This document shows positions 8,811-18,736 of a DNA stretch of 64,000 bases, piece after piece (the first letter of the stretch is position 1; every line of letters begins with the position of its first letter). Below the pieces are notes generated by a model. It did not search any database, was not told where the DNA came from, and was given only the letters and a program-made list of their open reading frames with translations. The position numbers and the translations under genes are program-made. Origin of the DNA: a virus; IMG/VR virus record IMGVR_UViG_3300048919_000123, positions 1 to 64,000 of that record. The stretch is one strand, 5' to 3'.

Positions 8811-11333
8811 TTATCGTTCGAAAGTGTATGCGTTGATGTAGTTTTGTACGCTGGAGGCGCTAACCCAGATGTAAAATCCACCTACGTTTGCGCCACTGCG
8901 TGCTGGAGAGATATCCAGGCTGCCTATCCCAAGGCCAGTAGTACCAAAAGTGTTACCCCAGTTACTTCCTGCTGGCGCCGCGGTCTGGTCTGCTGGCGAC
9001 ACAAAAACAGTGCCCGAACCCTGCATACTGGCTACACCATGCAGCATTGTGGTAGTGGGGTTAGGCGCAATAGCGCTTGCACCAGAGTTAGCTACTACCG
9101 AAGTCACCAACGAAGGTGATGTTCCAGAGAAAGGCGTAGACCCCCAGAGGGAAAAAGGTTGAACGCCGGGGGAACCTTCAGTGTATGTAATACGGCCGGC
9201 CACTGGATCATGCTTGAATGCCCACAAGTTGTTTGTAGAGCTAGACAGGATGCTCCCCAAATATCTGCGGCTGGTGTCTCCTGTTTTAGCGTAAGAGGTT
9301 CCGTGATACCTGACAGGAGCCGTGGTTGACAGCTCAATATCCCCCACGCCCGCGTTTTCAAATAAGTAAATATGCGAGAACGCCGAGGCTGGCAATGAGG
9401 TAAGCCCAGACATCAACTTGTCAGCAGATAGGGTTACCACCCTGCCCAGCGAGCTGATGTAAGCACTGCCGGCAGTGACTGTGATCGATTGCCGGCCATT
9501 GTAAATAATGCGGAACCCGTCGATGAATCCGCGCGCGGAGGTAAACGGCAAGAACGTGCCATTGGCGAGTAGTTTGCTGTAATACAGCGCCTCGGATTCC
9601 GCCTTGGTGTAGTGATCAGCAACCGTGAAGGAGCCGAACACTGTGATGTTTAACTGGCAAGCCTGCTCCACGGATGTAATCAGGTTGATGCTGGTGCCAT
9701 TGGTGGCCGTGTAGTCATCGGCTGCCCGCAGGTTAAACCCATCCTTGTCCACCAGCATGACTGAACCAGGTACATAGGATAGGGTCTTGCCGGCGGAATC
9801 TGCACCCCCAATAACCGCAGCACCCGCGGCAAGATTATAGGTGTAGCGAATAACCGTGGCATTGTTGGCCAGCAGCAGATCGTACAGGGCTTTACCCTGC
9901 GCTGCGGACAGGGCTTTATCTGTCGCGGTAGTCACCAGGTCATTCACGATTTCAGTGATGGGTGTCCAGGCTGTCCAAGTACCGTTGTTCTGGGTGCGAG
10001 AATAGGATTTATTGGTGGAAAAACTCCATGCCAGCTGTTTCGCCCAGTTTGCTACGGCGTGCCCTATGTGCTTGAGGTACACGGTGGATTCTGGGATGTT
10101 GATGCCGCCACCATTGAACACATAAGTGCCAGGCACGGTGATCGTGTTCGCGTTGAAAGAGCTATTTTTTACGATAGCTCCACCGCCGTTTTCACCGAAA
10201 TCACCAACTTTCAAAATGCTGTCGGAAGTGGTGTCCTCTCTGCTAGCGGTCTTTACAATCCCCAGCTGCTCTTTACTGATTGCACCGGTAAAGCCGGCTA
10301 CTGAGCTGACACTTTCGGTGTTGTCGATTTTATAAAAAGCGTCCTGAGGTTTGGTGTAAACCAGGGTATCGCCCATCCCATACTGTTCACCACTTACGGT
10401 GCCGCCTACCGTTACTTTCCAGAACGCTGAGAAGGCAGGCTTCGCAGGATATGCGCCGCCTGACAGGTCGATGTACCCCTTATCGATCAGCGAGCCAGTA
10501 ACCGTGGCAGCAGCGTTTACTGCCTCATCGCGGGCAGCAGTTGCTACGTCTCTGGCAGCCAACGTGACATCACGGGCAGTAGTAACCACTCCTTTGTCGG
10601 CGGCCACTTGCGCCCTGTCTGCAGCAGCATTCGTCGCCGAAGTGCCTGCTGCAGTTTGAGAGGCAGCCGCCGCGTTCTTGCTCGCCAGTGCGTTGGTTTC
10701 GGAAATTCCAGCATTCGTCGCCGAAGTGCCTGCCGAGGTAGCCGAGATGGCCGCCGCGTTCTTGCTCGCCAGTGCGTTGCTTTCTGAGGCTGCTGCGTTG
10801 GTGGCGGAAGTAGCCGCCGCGTTCTTGCTCGCCAGTGCGTTGGTTTCGGAAGTCCCAGCAGCGTTCTTGCTGGCCAGCGCTGCCGCGGCAGAAGCTGCTG
10901 CGTTGGTTTCGGAAGTCCCAGCAGCGTTCTTGCTGGCCAGCGCTGCCGCGGCAGAAGCTGCTGCCGCCGATTGAGAAGCGGCAGCGGCGTTCTTGCTGCT
11001 CAAGGCTAGCGCAGCGTTCTGTGCAGACGACTCCACATCCGCTTGAATATCGTCGATACCCAGAGTGATCTTGTGCAGCCGGTCGGCCGCCAGCTTCGTG
11101 TACCCGTTAATCGGGATCACGAAATAATCTGGGGTGTTGGAGATCGAAGGGCCTTTGTAGGCCGGCTTGATCGCCAGGGTGGTCTCATTGGTGTAGTTGA
11201 CGACCTCGTAGATCACGCCATCGGGGCCGACAAACATGTCCGCCGCCCGGGTGTTGGAAACGAAGTCGGTGCCCACGCCGGTGACTGTGACCGAGCCCTG
11301 CACCAGGGAGACTGTGCCTACGTTGTACCACAT
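8811..11333 (-). CDS. side tail fibre protein
   Basis: N-terminal MWYNVGTVS..VTGVGTDF anchor, Ala/Ser-rich repeats, DKALSAAQGKAL motif, beta-rich C-terminus. Confidence 0.88.
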   Translation of the reverse strand: MWYNVGTVSLVQGSVTVTGVGTDFVSNTRAADMFVGPDGVIYEVVNYTNETTLAIKPAYKGPSISNTPDYFVIPINGYTKLAADRLHKITLGIDDIQADVESSAQNAALALSSKNAAAASQSAAAASAAAALASKNAAGTSETNAAASAAAALASKNAAGTSETNALASKNAAATSATNAAASESNALASKNAAAISATSAGTSATNAGISETNALASKNAAAASQTAAGTSATNAAADRAQVAADKGVVTTARDVTLAARDVATAARDEAVNAAATVTGSLIDKGYIDLSGGAYPAKPAFSAFWKVTVGGTVSGEQYGMGDTLVYTKPQDAFYKIDNTESVSSVAGFTGAISKEQLGIVKTASREDTTSDSILKVGDFGENGGGAIVKNSSFNANTITVPGTYVFNGGGINIPESTVYLKHIGHAVANWAKQLAWSFSTNKSYSRTQNNGTWTAWTPITEIVNDLVTTATDKALSAAQGKALYDLLLANNATVIRYTYNLAAGAAVIGGADSAGKTLSYVPGSVMLVDKDGFNLRAADDYTATNGTSINLITSVEQACQLNITVFGSFTVADHYTKAESEALYYSKLLANGTFLPFTSARGFIDGFRIIYNGRQSITVTAGSAYISSLGRVVTLSADKLMSGLTSLPASAFSHIYLFENAGVGDIELSTTAPVRYHGTSYAKTGDTSRRYLGSILSSSTNNLWAFKHDPVAGRITYTEGSPGVQPFSLWGSTPFSGTSPSLVTSVVANSGASAIAPNPTTTMLHGVASMQGSGTVFVSPADQTAAPAGSNWGNTFGTTGLGIGSLDISPARSGANVGGFYIWVSASSVQNYINAYTFER
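10660..11020. repeat. tandem ALASKNAA repeats in the tail fibre
   Basis: Near-identical nucleotide repeats (GCGTTCTTGCT[C/G]GCCAG), several at a 63-bp period. Confidence 0.85.
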
Positions 11334-11336
11334 GGC

Positions 11337-11603
11337 TTATTCCTTTGAGTCAGTGGTGATAGGCCCCCAGATAGGGCCGTTGCTGCAGTGGTACAGGCGA
11401 TAGGGCTGGTAGCGCAGATCCATGCCAGGCACGTTCATGGGCACCGGGCCGGCGTATGAGGTAGTCGAGAAGGGGTTGGCCACTGCTTTGCGAGTGGTCT
11501 TCTCGGTGGGCTGGCAGTTATTGGCGTCTGAGTAGCTGTCCCAGCCTGATGCGCATCCTGCGAGCGCCAGTAACGACAGTCCAACGAGAAGTCCTTTCAT
11601 CAC
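11337..11603 (-). CDS. lipoprotein, Cor-like superinfection-exclusion candidate
   Basis: Lipobox LAGC after a hydrophobic signal; position just downstream of the J-like gene. Confidence 0.6.
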   Translation of the reverse strand: MMKGLLVGLSLLALAGCASGWDSYSDANNCQPTEKTTRKAVANPFSTTSYAGPVPMNVPGMDLRYQPYRLYHCSNGPIWGPITTDSKE

Positions 11604-11782
11604 TCTTCCTCGGCCGGCTTCGGGAACTTGTCCTTCACCGACTTGATGCTTGAGTAGAACGGCTCGATCTTTTCGGTCTCGCCGTTGTTCATTCCATGCC
11701 AGAGCATGTCCAGCTGCTCGGTGACGGAAGGATACTCCTTTTCCCGTCGCTCATCGTAGTTGCATTTGTGTTTAAGTTTCAT
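11600..11782 (-). CDS. small tail-associated protein
   Basis: RxxEYPSxxEQLDMLW...VKDKFPK motif common next to tail fibres. Confidence 0.65.
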   Translation of the reverse strand: MKLKHKCNYDERREKEYPSVTEQLDMLWHGMNNGETEKIEPFYSSIKSVKDKFPKPAEEE

Positions 11783-12131
11783 GGTGGTACACCCGCACTT
11801 CCTGATAAGGGAACAGGTTTATGACGATGGTGAATAGGCCGGTGTGCCCGAACTCCAGTTCGATGTCGGTGCCGTCAGCTTCGTAGTTGCGATCTTCGAT
11901 CTCAATTTTCGCACCGGCCGGAACGCCCTTGATCACGCCGTCTTCAAGGACAGCCTGCATCTCCGGGCGGTCGACGATCCGACCATCCACCACATAGTGG
12001 AATTGAGCATTCACCAGAGCTGTGTTGCCCAAGTACAGCCAGCCGGGATAATGCTCCTCGTAGTCGGCAAGAGGGTAAGTGACGACGGCGCCGATCTGGC
12101 CGGTTTCTTTGTTGTACTGGACGCAGATCAT
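11772..12131 (-). CDS. tail tip accessory protein
   Basis: 119-aa ORF coupled to the J-like gene. Confidence 0.65.
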   Translation of the reverse strand: MICVQYNKETGQIGAVVTYPLADYEEHYPGWLYLGNTALVNAQFHYVVDGRIVDRPEMQAVLEDGVIKGVPAGAKIEIEDRNYEADGTDIELEFGHTGLFTIVINLFPYQEVRVYHHET

Positions 12132-15100
12132 CGTTTGGTCTCCATGATGGTCATTGAGCGGTTGGACACGGACATGCCGTAGTTGGTGGCGTCAGCCACG
12201 ATAGGCGGCCGCATCTGGAACTGGACAGTTACCGGGCCGCCCAAGGCCACAACAAACGAGGTCGAGAAGCTATTCCGGTACTGGTCTTCTTGGGTGTTCT
12301 GTCCCACCGTGCCCGCAATGTAAACGTTGCCGTTGATCAGAACTCGCCAGCCAATCTCGCCTCGTTTCGCGGCGTACTGGGCTGTGATGGTGACCGTAAC
12401 TTCGAAGCCCGTCGCCGTCCACGACACAATCGACATATCGTAATAGGTGCCAGACGCACTGCCACCCACCGAGATCGTCCCGGGGTCGTAATACCCCAAC
12501 GGCAGGGTTACCGCGCGACCGGCGATCTTCAAGGTCTCCACCGACAGGTCGCGGATCTTCGCTGTGGTCACAGCCAGGTTCTGGATCTTTGCTTCGTCGA
12601 CCGCCAGGTTCTGGATCTTGGCGTTTGTGATCGCCGCGTCGGTGATCTTGGCGGTGCCGATGGTAGCGTCCTTGATCATCGCCGAGGTGATGAAGGTGTT
12701 GTTGCCCTCGACGAAGAACGGCAGAGTGACGATGCCGCTGGCGGTGCTGAGCAGCGCAAACCGATCAGCCTGGAAGATGATCTGGCTCTGGGTGATACCA
12801 CCGTTGGTGGTGATGTTGATGCCCATGCCTGCTGCGTAGGTGCGGCCGTCGACGGTGGTCTGCAGCTTGATTGCGTACAGCGCTTCCAGACCGGTCTTCA
12901 AGCTGGCCTGTGCGTTCTGCACCACCTGAATCGACGCGGTGTTCGAACCCACGCCGGCCTGCAGCGTGCTGATGCTGCTGGCGAACCCGGCATCGGCGGT
13001 GGCCAAGCCGTTCAGCGTGGTCTGGACGATGGCCTTGTTGTCGTTGTACTCGGCGGTCAGGGTCTGGCGCGCGAGGGCCTCTGCAGCATCCGCGTTGGCC
13101 CGCGCCGTCTCTTCCAACTGAATGGCCGCGCCGATGTCCTCGGTCAGATCCGCGCCGAGCTGAGTGATGCGCTGCGACAGCGCCTCGTCCGCGGTGGCCA
13201 TGGTCTGCTCAAGGATGGTCAGCGAGGCGTTGACGTCGCCGATGCTTGCCCCCATGTCGGTGATACGCTGCGACAGGGCGAGGTCTTCCTCGGCCAGCAC
13301 TTTGATGCGCTGGTTGAAGAACGCCTTGCTCTCGTAGGCACCCATTGCCGAGTCGAGGTCGCCTTCCGCATCGTCATCACGCCAGGCAGCCTGCAAGCTG
13401 GTCAGCTGGGACGCGGTGTAGGTCAGCTTGTCGTCGACCTTGATGATGTCGCTGGTGTTCTGCTGCACCTGGACGATCAGGCCGTTGGCGTCCTCGAGTA
13501 TCTCCCCGACAGATTTCCAGTACAGAGGGTTCGGCGGCGCGTTGGAACCGTCGGCCGCAGCCGGCACTTCAGCAATGGCTTGGTACAGCACGCTGCCTTC
13601 GCGCACCACGGCGTTCTTGATGTAGTTTTTGTTTTTGTCGTAGGCCAGGGCGTCCTGCAGGTTGTCGATCTGCTCCTGCAGGTCAGCCACCGCCTCGTTC
13701 ACCACTGTCGTCGCGGTGTCGGTAGCGATCGGCACGATCATGTCGTTGATCTCTTGGTAGAGATCACCGTTCAGGATGTCGTCCTTGACCGCTTCGAGGA
13801 TGTCGTCGAAGTCCATCAGGGTGGTGCCCTGAGTGGCGTACCAGGCTGACTTGCCGTACTGGTTGGTGCCGCGCACGTAGTAGAAATAGGTGCGGCCGGC
13901 GCGCAGCGGCGTGTCCACCAGGTACTGTCCGATTGGCAGCTTGATGGCGCTGGTTTCGATCATGTCCTGCGACAGCGGGACATCGCTGCGCCAGAACTCC
14001 CACAGGGCATCCGGGTAGGCACTGGACGGGGTCAGGGTGATCGAGAACGTGCCCTCGGTGACCAGAATCGAATCCGGTGGCACCGGCATCAGCAGCATCG
14101 CGATCTGCACCGTGCGCGACACCCAAGGGCCTGGGATGCCAGAGGCGGAAGACCGGACACGGATCGTCCATTCGCCACCCATGGCGTCTTTCAGGTCGAA
14201 GGAAGTGCCTGCCCCGACGTACACGGTACGGAATCCGCCGTCGCTAGGCGCCATGACGTCGAGGATGTACTCGTTGACCCGGACGTCCTTCGGCGGTGTC
14301 CAGCTGATGACCAGACCTTGGTGGCGGGTAGCCCCAGCGAAGTAGGTGTAGGCCTGGAACGATAGATCCAGCGGAGGTGCGATCGGCCCGGTTGGCAGCG
14401 CGCTGGTCGGACGATCCGGGAGCACCAGATCCTTCTCGACGATGTCGTACTTGCGCGGGTCGTACTCGGTGGCGGTGATGCTGTAGGTCGAGCCGTTGTC
14501 GTCCTCGCTGACGTTGACCACGCGGAACTGAGGCAGCAGCAGAGGTGTGGCGCTGAGCGCCCACATCGCCCCGGCAATCGGGATATCTGGCAGCGTCAGC
14601 ACCAGAGTCACCTGGTTGCCGTTGAACGAGCTGACCTTCATGCGCGGGATGGTGCCGTCCGGCATCACCACGCTGATGTACCAGTCCTGCGTGATGGCCA
14701 GAATCTCTGGGCCCGGCGTGGCGTCCAGCTGCAGGATCTTGTTGCCTGGCAGCACCACCCGGCCGACCATGCGCGCGCCTTGATGGTACGGGTCGCCCAG
14801 CTCGATGATGTCGCCCGGGCGGACGTCGGCCTGATCCAGCGTGGCCTTGTAGGTCACGGTCTGGGTTTCAGCTCGCTCGGAATACAGAATCCACTTGGCC
14901 AACCTGCGCGCCTGGCCGCGCGAGTTACAGGCGACCGCGGTGACGCGGGTCTCCCTCCAACCGTACAGCTCGATGCTCGCCGGATCCTCATAGATCTCCG
15001 GCACCGCGCGGCCTTCATCGTCCGGGTCGTTCCACATGACCACGGCCACCGAGTGGCGCTCACGCAGGCTGGTGCCGGAATATTCGAAGTCGCCGTCGAC

Positions 15101-16321
15101 GACGTTGGCCGGGCCGACGATCTTCACCGGGGTGGTCGGCATGTCTGCCACGGCCACCATGGTGTTGGTGCCCCAGTAGGCCATGCCACGGAAACAGCTG
15201 GCGAACGTGTTCAGCGCGACAATCGCGTCTTCCTGCTCGGCGAAGATCGTGTTGCAGGTGAACCGTGGCTCCCAGCCGCCGTAACCATCTTCCACGATGC
15301 CGTCGCAATACTGACCGATCCGGTACAGCATCCACTTGTCGACGTCGGTGAGGCCCGCGCCGATCACCGGGTGCGTGGCTAGGTCGTAGTAGCACCACGC
15401 CGGGTTGTCCGACCAAGCCTGCTTGAAGGTGCCGTCCCAGATACCTGAATACACACGGGTTACAGGGTCGTAGTTGCTCGGCACGCTGATGATGGACAGC
15501 TTGACGTCGTAGCTGCGCTCCGGGATCGATGAACCGAACAGCTTCGAGTCGATCTCGATCCCCACCATCGCCATGTTCGGGTAGTTCAGGCGCTTATCGA
15601 TTACCTCGGTGAGCAGCGTCCAGGTGATCTTGTCCTGCTTGTTGTTGACCGTGCTCTCCGGCGCGTAGCGGCGCACACGGATGTCGAACGGGCCGTCGCC
15701 GTAGAGCGGGACGCGGTAGGTTACCGGGAACGGTGAAGTGGTCTTGCCTGTGATCTCTTCGGCAGCCATGGTGTTCCAGGCGCCGCCATTGGTGCGCACG
15801 TCAACCGCAACACCGACACGATAGCCGACGGTGTCTCCGTTGGTTAGTTGCTCCCACAGCGCCGCTACCTGCACCGTGACCAGCGCTGCATCGGCGTCGT
15901 TGTTGCTGACCGAGCGAATTACCGGTGCAGCGAATGTCACCTCGGAGTTGATCTCGAAGGTGGTCTCGACGGCCGGGAACCCCTCGAAAGGTGCTTGCCA
16001 CGGATAGCCTTCGCGCGTTGTCAGCTTGCAGCCATTGAAGTTGTAGCTGCCGTCGGCGTTCATCACCGGCGTCTTGTCCAGGTACACGGACTTCAGCCCA
16101 TCCACCAGGCCGTAGATCGGGCCGTAAGCAATCAGGTCAAGGATCCGGCCCTTGATCACGCTCTGCAGCGTGTTCGGGGCCTCCACCGGGGTGTGCGCCT
16201 CGCCGCCTTTGCTGCCGCCCCCGCCTGCCCCTTGAATGACCTCAGGGAACGGATAGGACAGTTCCTCCGACGGCCACTTGTTGTGAGGCGCCTGCCAGCT
16301 GACCTTCTGTTGAGCAGTCAA
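12128..16321 (-). CDS. central tail fibre / host-specificity protein J-like
   Basis: 1397 aa; GPIYGL, WSDNPAWCYYD and ACNSRGQARR motifs, FnIII-like region, coiled coil, AKI repeats. Confidence 0.93.
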   Translation of the reverse strand: MTAQQKVSWQAPHNKWPSEELSYPFPEVIQGAGGGGSKGGEAHTPVEAPNTLQSVIKGRILDLIAYGPIYGLVDGLKSVYLDKTPVMNADGSYNFNGCKLTTREGYPWQAPFEGFPAVETTFEINSEVTFAAPVIRSVSNNDADAALVTVQVAALWEQLTNGDTVGYRVGVAVDVRTNGGAWNTMAAEEITGKTTSPFPVTYRVPLYGDGPFDIRVRRYAPESTVNNKQDKITWTLLTEVIDKRLNYPNMAMVGIEIDSKLFGSSIPERSYDVKLSIISVPSNYDPVTRVYSGIWDGTFKQAWSDNPAWCYYDLATHPVIGAGLTDVDKWMLYRIGQYCDGIVEDGYGGWEPRFTCNTIFAEQEDAIVALNTFASCFRGMAYWGTNTMVAVADMPTTPVKIVGPANVVDGDFEYSGTSLRERHSVAVVMWNDPDDEGRAVPEIYEDPASIELYGWRETRVTAVACNSRGQARRLAKWILYSERAETQTVTYKATLDQADVRPGDIIELGDPYHQGARMVGRVVLPGNKILQLDATPGPEILAITQDWYISVVMPDGTIPRMKVSSFNGNQVTLVLTLPDIPIAGAMWALSATPLLLPQFRVVNVSEDDNGSTYSITATEYDPRKYDIVEKDLVLPDRPTSALPTGPIAPPLDLSFQAYTYFAGATRHQGLVISWTPPKDVRVNEYILDVMAPSDGGFRTVYVGAGTSFDLKDAMGGEWTIRVRSSASGIPGPWVSRTVQIAMLLMPVPPDSILVTEGTFSITLTPSSAYPDALWEFWRSDVPLSQDMIETSAIKLPIGQYLVDTPLRAGRTYFYYVRGTNQYGKSAWYATQGTTLMDFDDILEAVKDDILNGDLYQEINDMIVPIATDTATTVVNEAVADLQEQIDNLQDALAYDKNKNYIKNAVVREGSVLYQAIAEVPAAADGSNAPPNPLYWKSVGEILEDANGLIVQVQQNTSDIIKVDDKLTYTASQLTSLQAAWRDDDAEGDLDSAMGAYESKAFFNQRIKVLAEEDLALSQRITDMGASIGDVNASLTILEQTMATADEALSQRITQLGADLTEDIGAAIQLEETARANADAAEALARQTLTAEYNDNKAIVQTTLNGLATADAGFASSISTLQAGVGSNTASIQVVQNAQASLKTGLEALYAIKLQTTVDGRTYAAGMGINITTNGGITQSQIIFQADRFALLSTASGIVTLPFFVEGNNTFITSAMIKDATIGTAKITDAAITNAKIQNLAVDEAKIQNLAVTTAKIRDLSVETLKIAGRAVTLPLGYYDPGTISVGGSASGTYYDMSIVSWTATGFEVTVTITAQYAAKRGEIGWRVLINGNVYIAGTVGQNTQEDQYRNSFSTSFVVALGGPVTVQFQMRPPIVADATNYGMSVSNRSMTIMETKR

Positions 16322-16887
16322 AGGATGCGCTCCGCGTAAAGGCCTGCACTGACCACGATGCTGCCTGTGCGGGTTCGGCCGTAGCCCCGCGGTATGGCAA
16401 CGCCTTGGGAAGATTGATTTCGCGGGCCTGCGAACAGGAAGGAAGCCTTGCTGTCCGCGCTTCCGCTGGACGTATCACTGACCCCCGGGATCTTCATGGT
16501 CATTTGGATCAGGCCACCGATGATCAGACCGGCACCGGCCGCGTACATGGCCAGCGAGGCACCGCCGGTGAACGGGGCAGCGATGATCGCCACGATCCCC
16601 AGAATGATCGAGAACATCCCGCCGTTACCACCGCCAGCGCCGCGGACAGCCGGCATCAGGTGCATCTCCTGCACTTCGCCCAAGGCGATGTCGAGGCTTT
16701 CCTCGTTGTCGTCTTCCTCACGCTCAAGCGGGCCACGGAAAATGAACCACTCGCCCTCGCGCACCATCTTGGCGAACTCGGGCAGCTGAACAGCCAGCGC
16801 GTGCAATGCTTCGCGTGGGGTCTTGATATCCAGCTCGAACTTCTCACCGAACTGGGCCACCGATCCATGGAGGTAAATGGTTTTCAT
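16318..16887 (-). CDS. tail assembly protein I-like
   Basis: MKTIYLHG...GAGGG...QGVAIPRGYGR pattern; lambda L-K-I-J order. Confidence 0.88.
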   Translation of the reverse strand: MKTIYLHGSVAQFGEKFELDIKTPREALHALAVQLPEFAKMVREGEWFIFRGPLEREEDDNEESLDIALGEVQEMHLMPAVRGAGGGNGGMFSIILGIVAIIAAPFTGGASLAMYAAGAGLIIGGLIQMTMKIPGVSDTSSGSADSKASFLFAGPRNQSSQGVAIPRGYGRTRTGSIVVSAGLYAERIL

Positions 16888-17621
16888 GCGCGATCCTTGT
16901 GCCTCACCCACATTGAAATCATGCTGACGTAACGGTAGATCGGCTCAATGACAGCCTTGCGATTGCTGACCGGTGAACCGGTGCCAGGGTGGTGATGGGT
17001 CAGCCCATCCTCCAGCAGGATGCCGCAGTGGGTGATGGCGCCGGTGCGAACGCCGATGCTCGCCAGCCAGATGTCGCCAGGCTTTGGCTCATCACGCACG
17101 AGAGAGAACCCGGTCTGCTCCAGACCGTCCGGCATGAAGGTCTCGTTGGTGTCCCACCACTTCCACTCCCGAGGCATCTCCGGCAGTTGGATATTGAATT
17201 TCTGGTCGTAGTAGTCGCGCACCAGCGCGTAGCAATCGGTGACCCCGTGGCAGAACGTGCGGTTCAGCAGGTCTTCGGTGTTGCCTTCACCACGGCCGCC
17301 CCACCAGGTGATGCCCGTCGAGTTGACCCCGTCACAGGCCAGAATGCCCCACGGCACGGCCGTGTTGATCTGGTACTGCATGTCCATTTCGCTGGGGTAT
17401 TCGTTGCCGTTGGTGTGGCTGTGAACCACGGCCAGAAGCCCTTCTTTACGGGCTCTGCGGATATCGCTCTGGGAAATATCGAAAAAGTTTTCCGGATCTT
17501 CAGCGTTGTTCGGGACGCGGCGGCACCCCTCCTTGGTGATGAGCCAAGCCCCCTCTTCGGGGTAGGCTTCCAATGCCTCAGCGCGGATCTGTTCGAGATG
17601 TTCTGGATAGAACTGAAGCAT
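16884..17621 (-). CDS. tail tip protein K-like (JAB + NlpC/P60)
   Basis: YPEEG, VVHSH..PSEMD (JAB) and DCYALVRD...HCGI (NlpC). Confidence 0.9.
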   Translation of the reverse strand: MLQFYPEHLEQIRAEALEAYPEEGAWLITKEGCRRVPNNAEDPENFFDISQSDIRRARKEGLLAVVHSHTNGNEYPSEMDMQYQINTAVPWGILACDGVNSTGITWWGGRGEGNTEDLLNRTFCHGVTDCYALVRDYYDQKFNIQLPEMPREWKWWDTNETFMPDGLEQTGFSLVRDEPKPGDIWLASIGVRTGAITHCGILLEDGLTHHHPGTGSPVSNRKAVIEPIYRYVSMISMWVRHKDRA

Positions 17622-17641
17622 GCTGAATCTCCCTGATTGCC

Positions 17642-18349
17642 CTAGCTTATCCGGCCGACACCGGGAAAGGCAAATATTGGTAGCACTGCGCCAACACCGA
17701 AATGTTTTTCACAGTCGCTCAATCGTTTACCGCACTTTGCTTTAGTGGGGTCTGAAGTTGGTTCGCCATTCGGGAGGTACATCGCAGCGCCGGTGTAGGG
17801 GCATGTCACGCCGTCATAATTCCAGTGGCCGTTGGCCCAGTAACGGAACCGATTCAGGCACGTATCCCTGATCACCTGCCTGGCCGGAATTTTCTTTCCT
17901 TGCTGATCTATCGGCGTCGAGAGCTCGAAGGTCAGCTGCTTCCTCAGCTGCTTGGATTTCTTCTCGATCACGAAGTGGTCAATCGGGAAAGTCGCGGAGG
18001 GGTTCGGGCTGTCGCCGTCGTCCAGATACTTGCGGTACGTGCGGATGCGGCGAACCGGGCAGCCAATCAGGTCATCCCCGTTGACGATCAGGCTGAGGAA
18101 CACCAGATCCTGCGCAGCCAAACTGAGCGAAGGGCGAGGCGCCGTACCGGTGCCGTTCCAGGTGAAGCCAGAGGCTGTGATGGGCAGCCGCCGGTAGATG
18201 TTGCCACCGAACTGTACGTCCCAGTTCTGCCCATCAACGATGGGGGTGAAACGTAAGATCGTATCGCCATAGGCGCGAGCGTCGATCTCGAACAGCACGA
18301 CCTTCGGTTCGCGCACCAGGCGCTGAACATCCGTTGCAATGAGTTCCAT
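17642..18349 (-). CDS. minor tail protein L-like
   Basis: RIRTYRKYLD motif and C-terminal Cys cluster (C..CPY..CGKRLSDC). Confidence 0.9.
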   Translation of the reverse strand: MELIATDVQRLVREPKVVLFEIDARAYGDTILRFTPIVDGQNWDVQFGGNIYRRLPITASGFTWNGTGTAPRPSLSLAAQDLVFLSLIVNGDDLIGCPVRRIRTYRKYLDDGDSPNPSATFPIDHFVIEKKSKQLRKQLTFELSTPIDQQGKKIPARQVIRDTCLNRFRYWANGHWNYDGVTCPYTGAAMYLPNGEPTSDPTKAKCGKRLSDCEKHFGVGAVLPIFAFPGVGRIS

Positions 18350-18358
18350 GGTCAGTCC

Positions 18359-18724
18359 TTAACCCGGGTTGAAGTCTTGGCGGAAAGTGATCTCCAGCAC
18401 TTCGTTGTTGAAGGTGTCCCACGTCAGAGTCAGGGACTCCGGAATGACCTTGTACACCACACCAGTTACCGGGTGTACCCAGGTCACGCTTTCCTTCTTC
18501 AGCTTCGGTTTCAAGTAGTCGTAGGCTTGCCGTCCAACCCCGGTATCCAGTGTGGAATACTTGACCGGGAAGGTCTCCTTGATAGAGTTCAGCCCTACCG
18601 ATTCCCGTGACTCGTAGCCGTCGCCGAGTGTCTGCACATCGACGTTCGCCTCTGGGGTTTGTGAGAACCCCCAGTCCGCTGGCGGGAAGTTCGGCATCGT
18701 CGGAGGTGGAAATGTCCCTGCCAT
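18359..18724 (-). CDS. distal tail protein M-like
   Basis: LGDGYE...GLN motif, between tape measure and L. Confidence 0.85.
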   Translation of the reverse strand: MAGTFPPPTMPNFPPADWGFSQTPEANVDVQTLGDGYESRESVGLNSIKETFPVKYSTLDTGVGRQAYDYLKPKLKKESVTWVHPVTGVVYKVIPESLTLTWDTFNNEVLEITFRQDFNPG

Positions 18725-18736
18725 ACAAAATTCCTT

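Noticed and set aside
8312-11333. Diversity-generating retroelement or invertible fibre cassette
   Set aside because: No reverse transcriptase, recombinase, template/variable repeat pair or flanking inverted repeats seen
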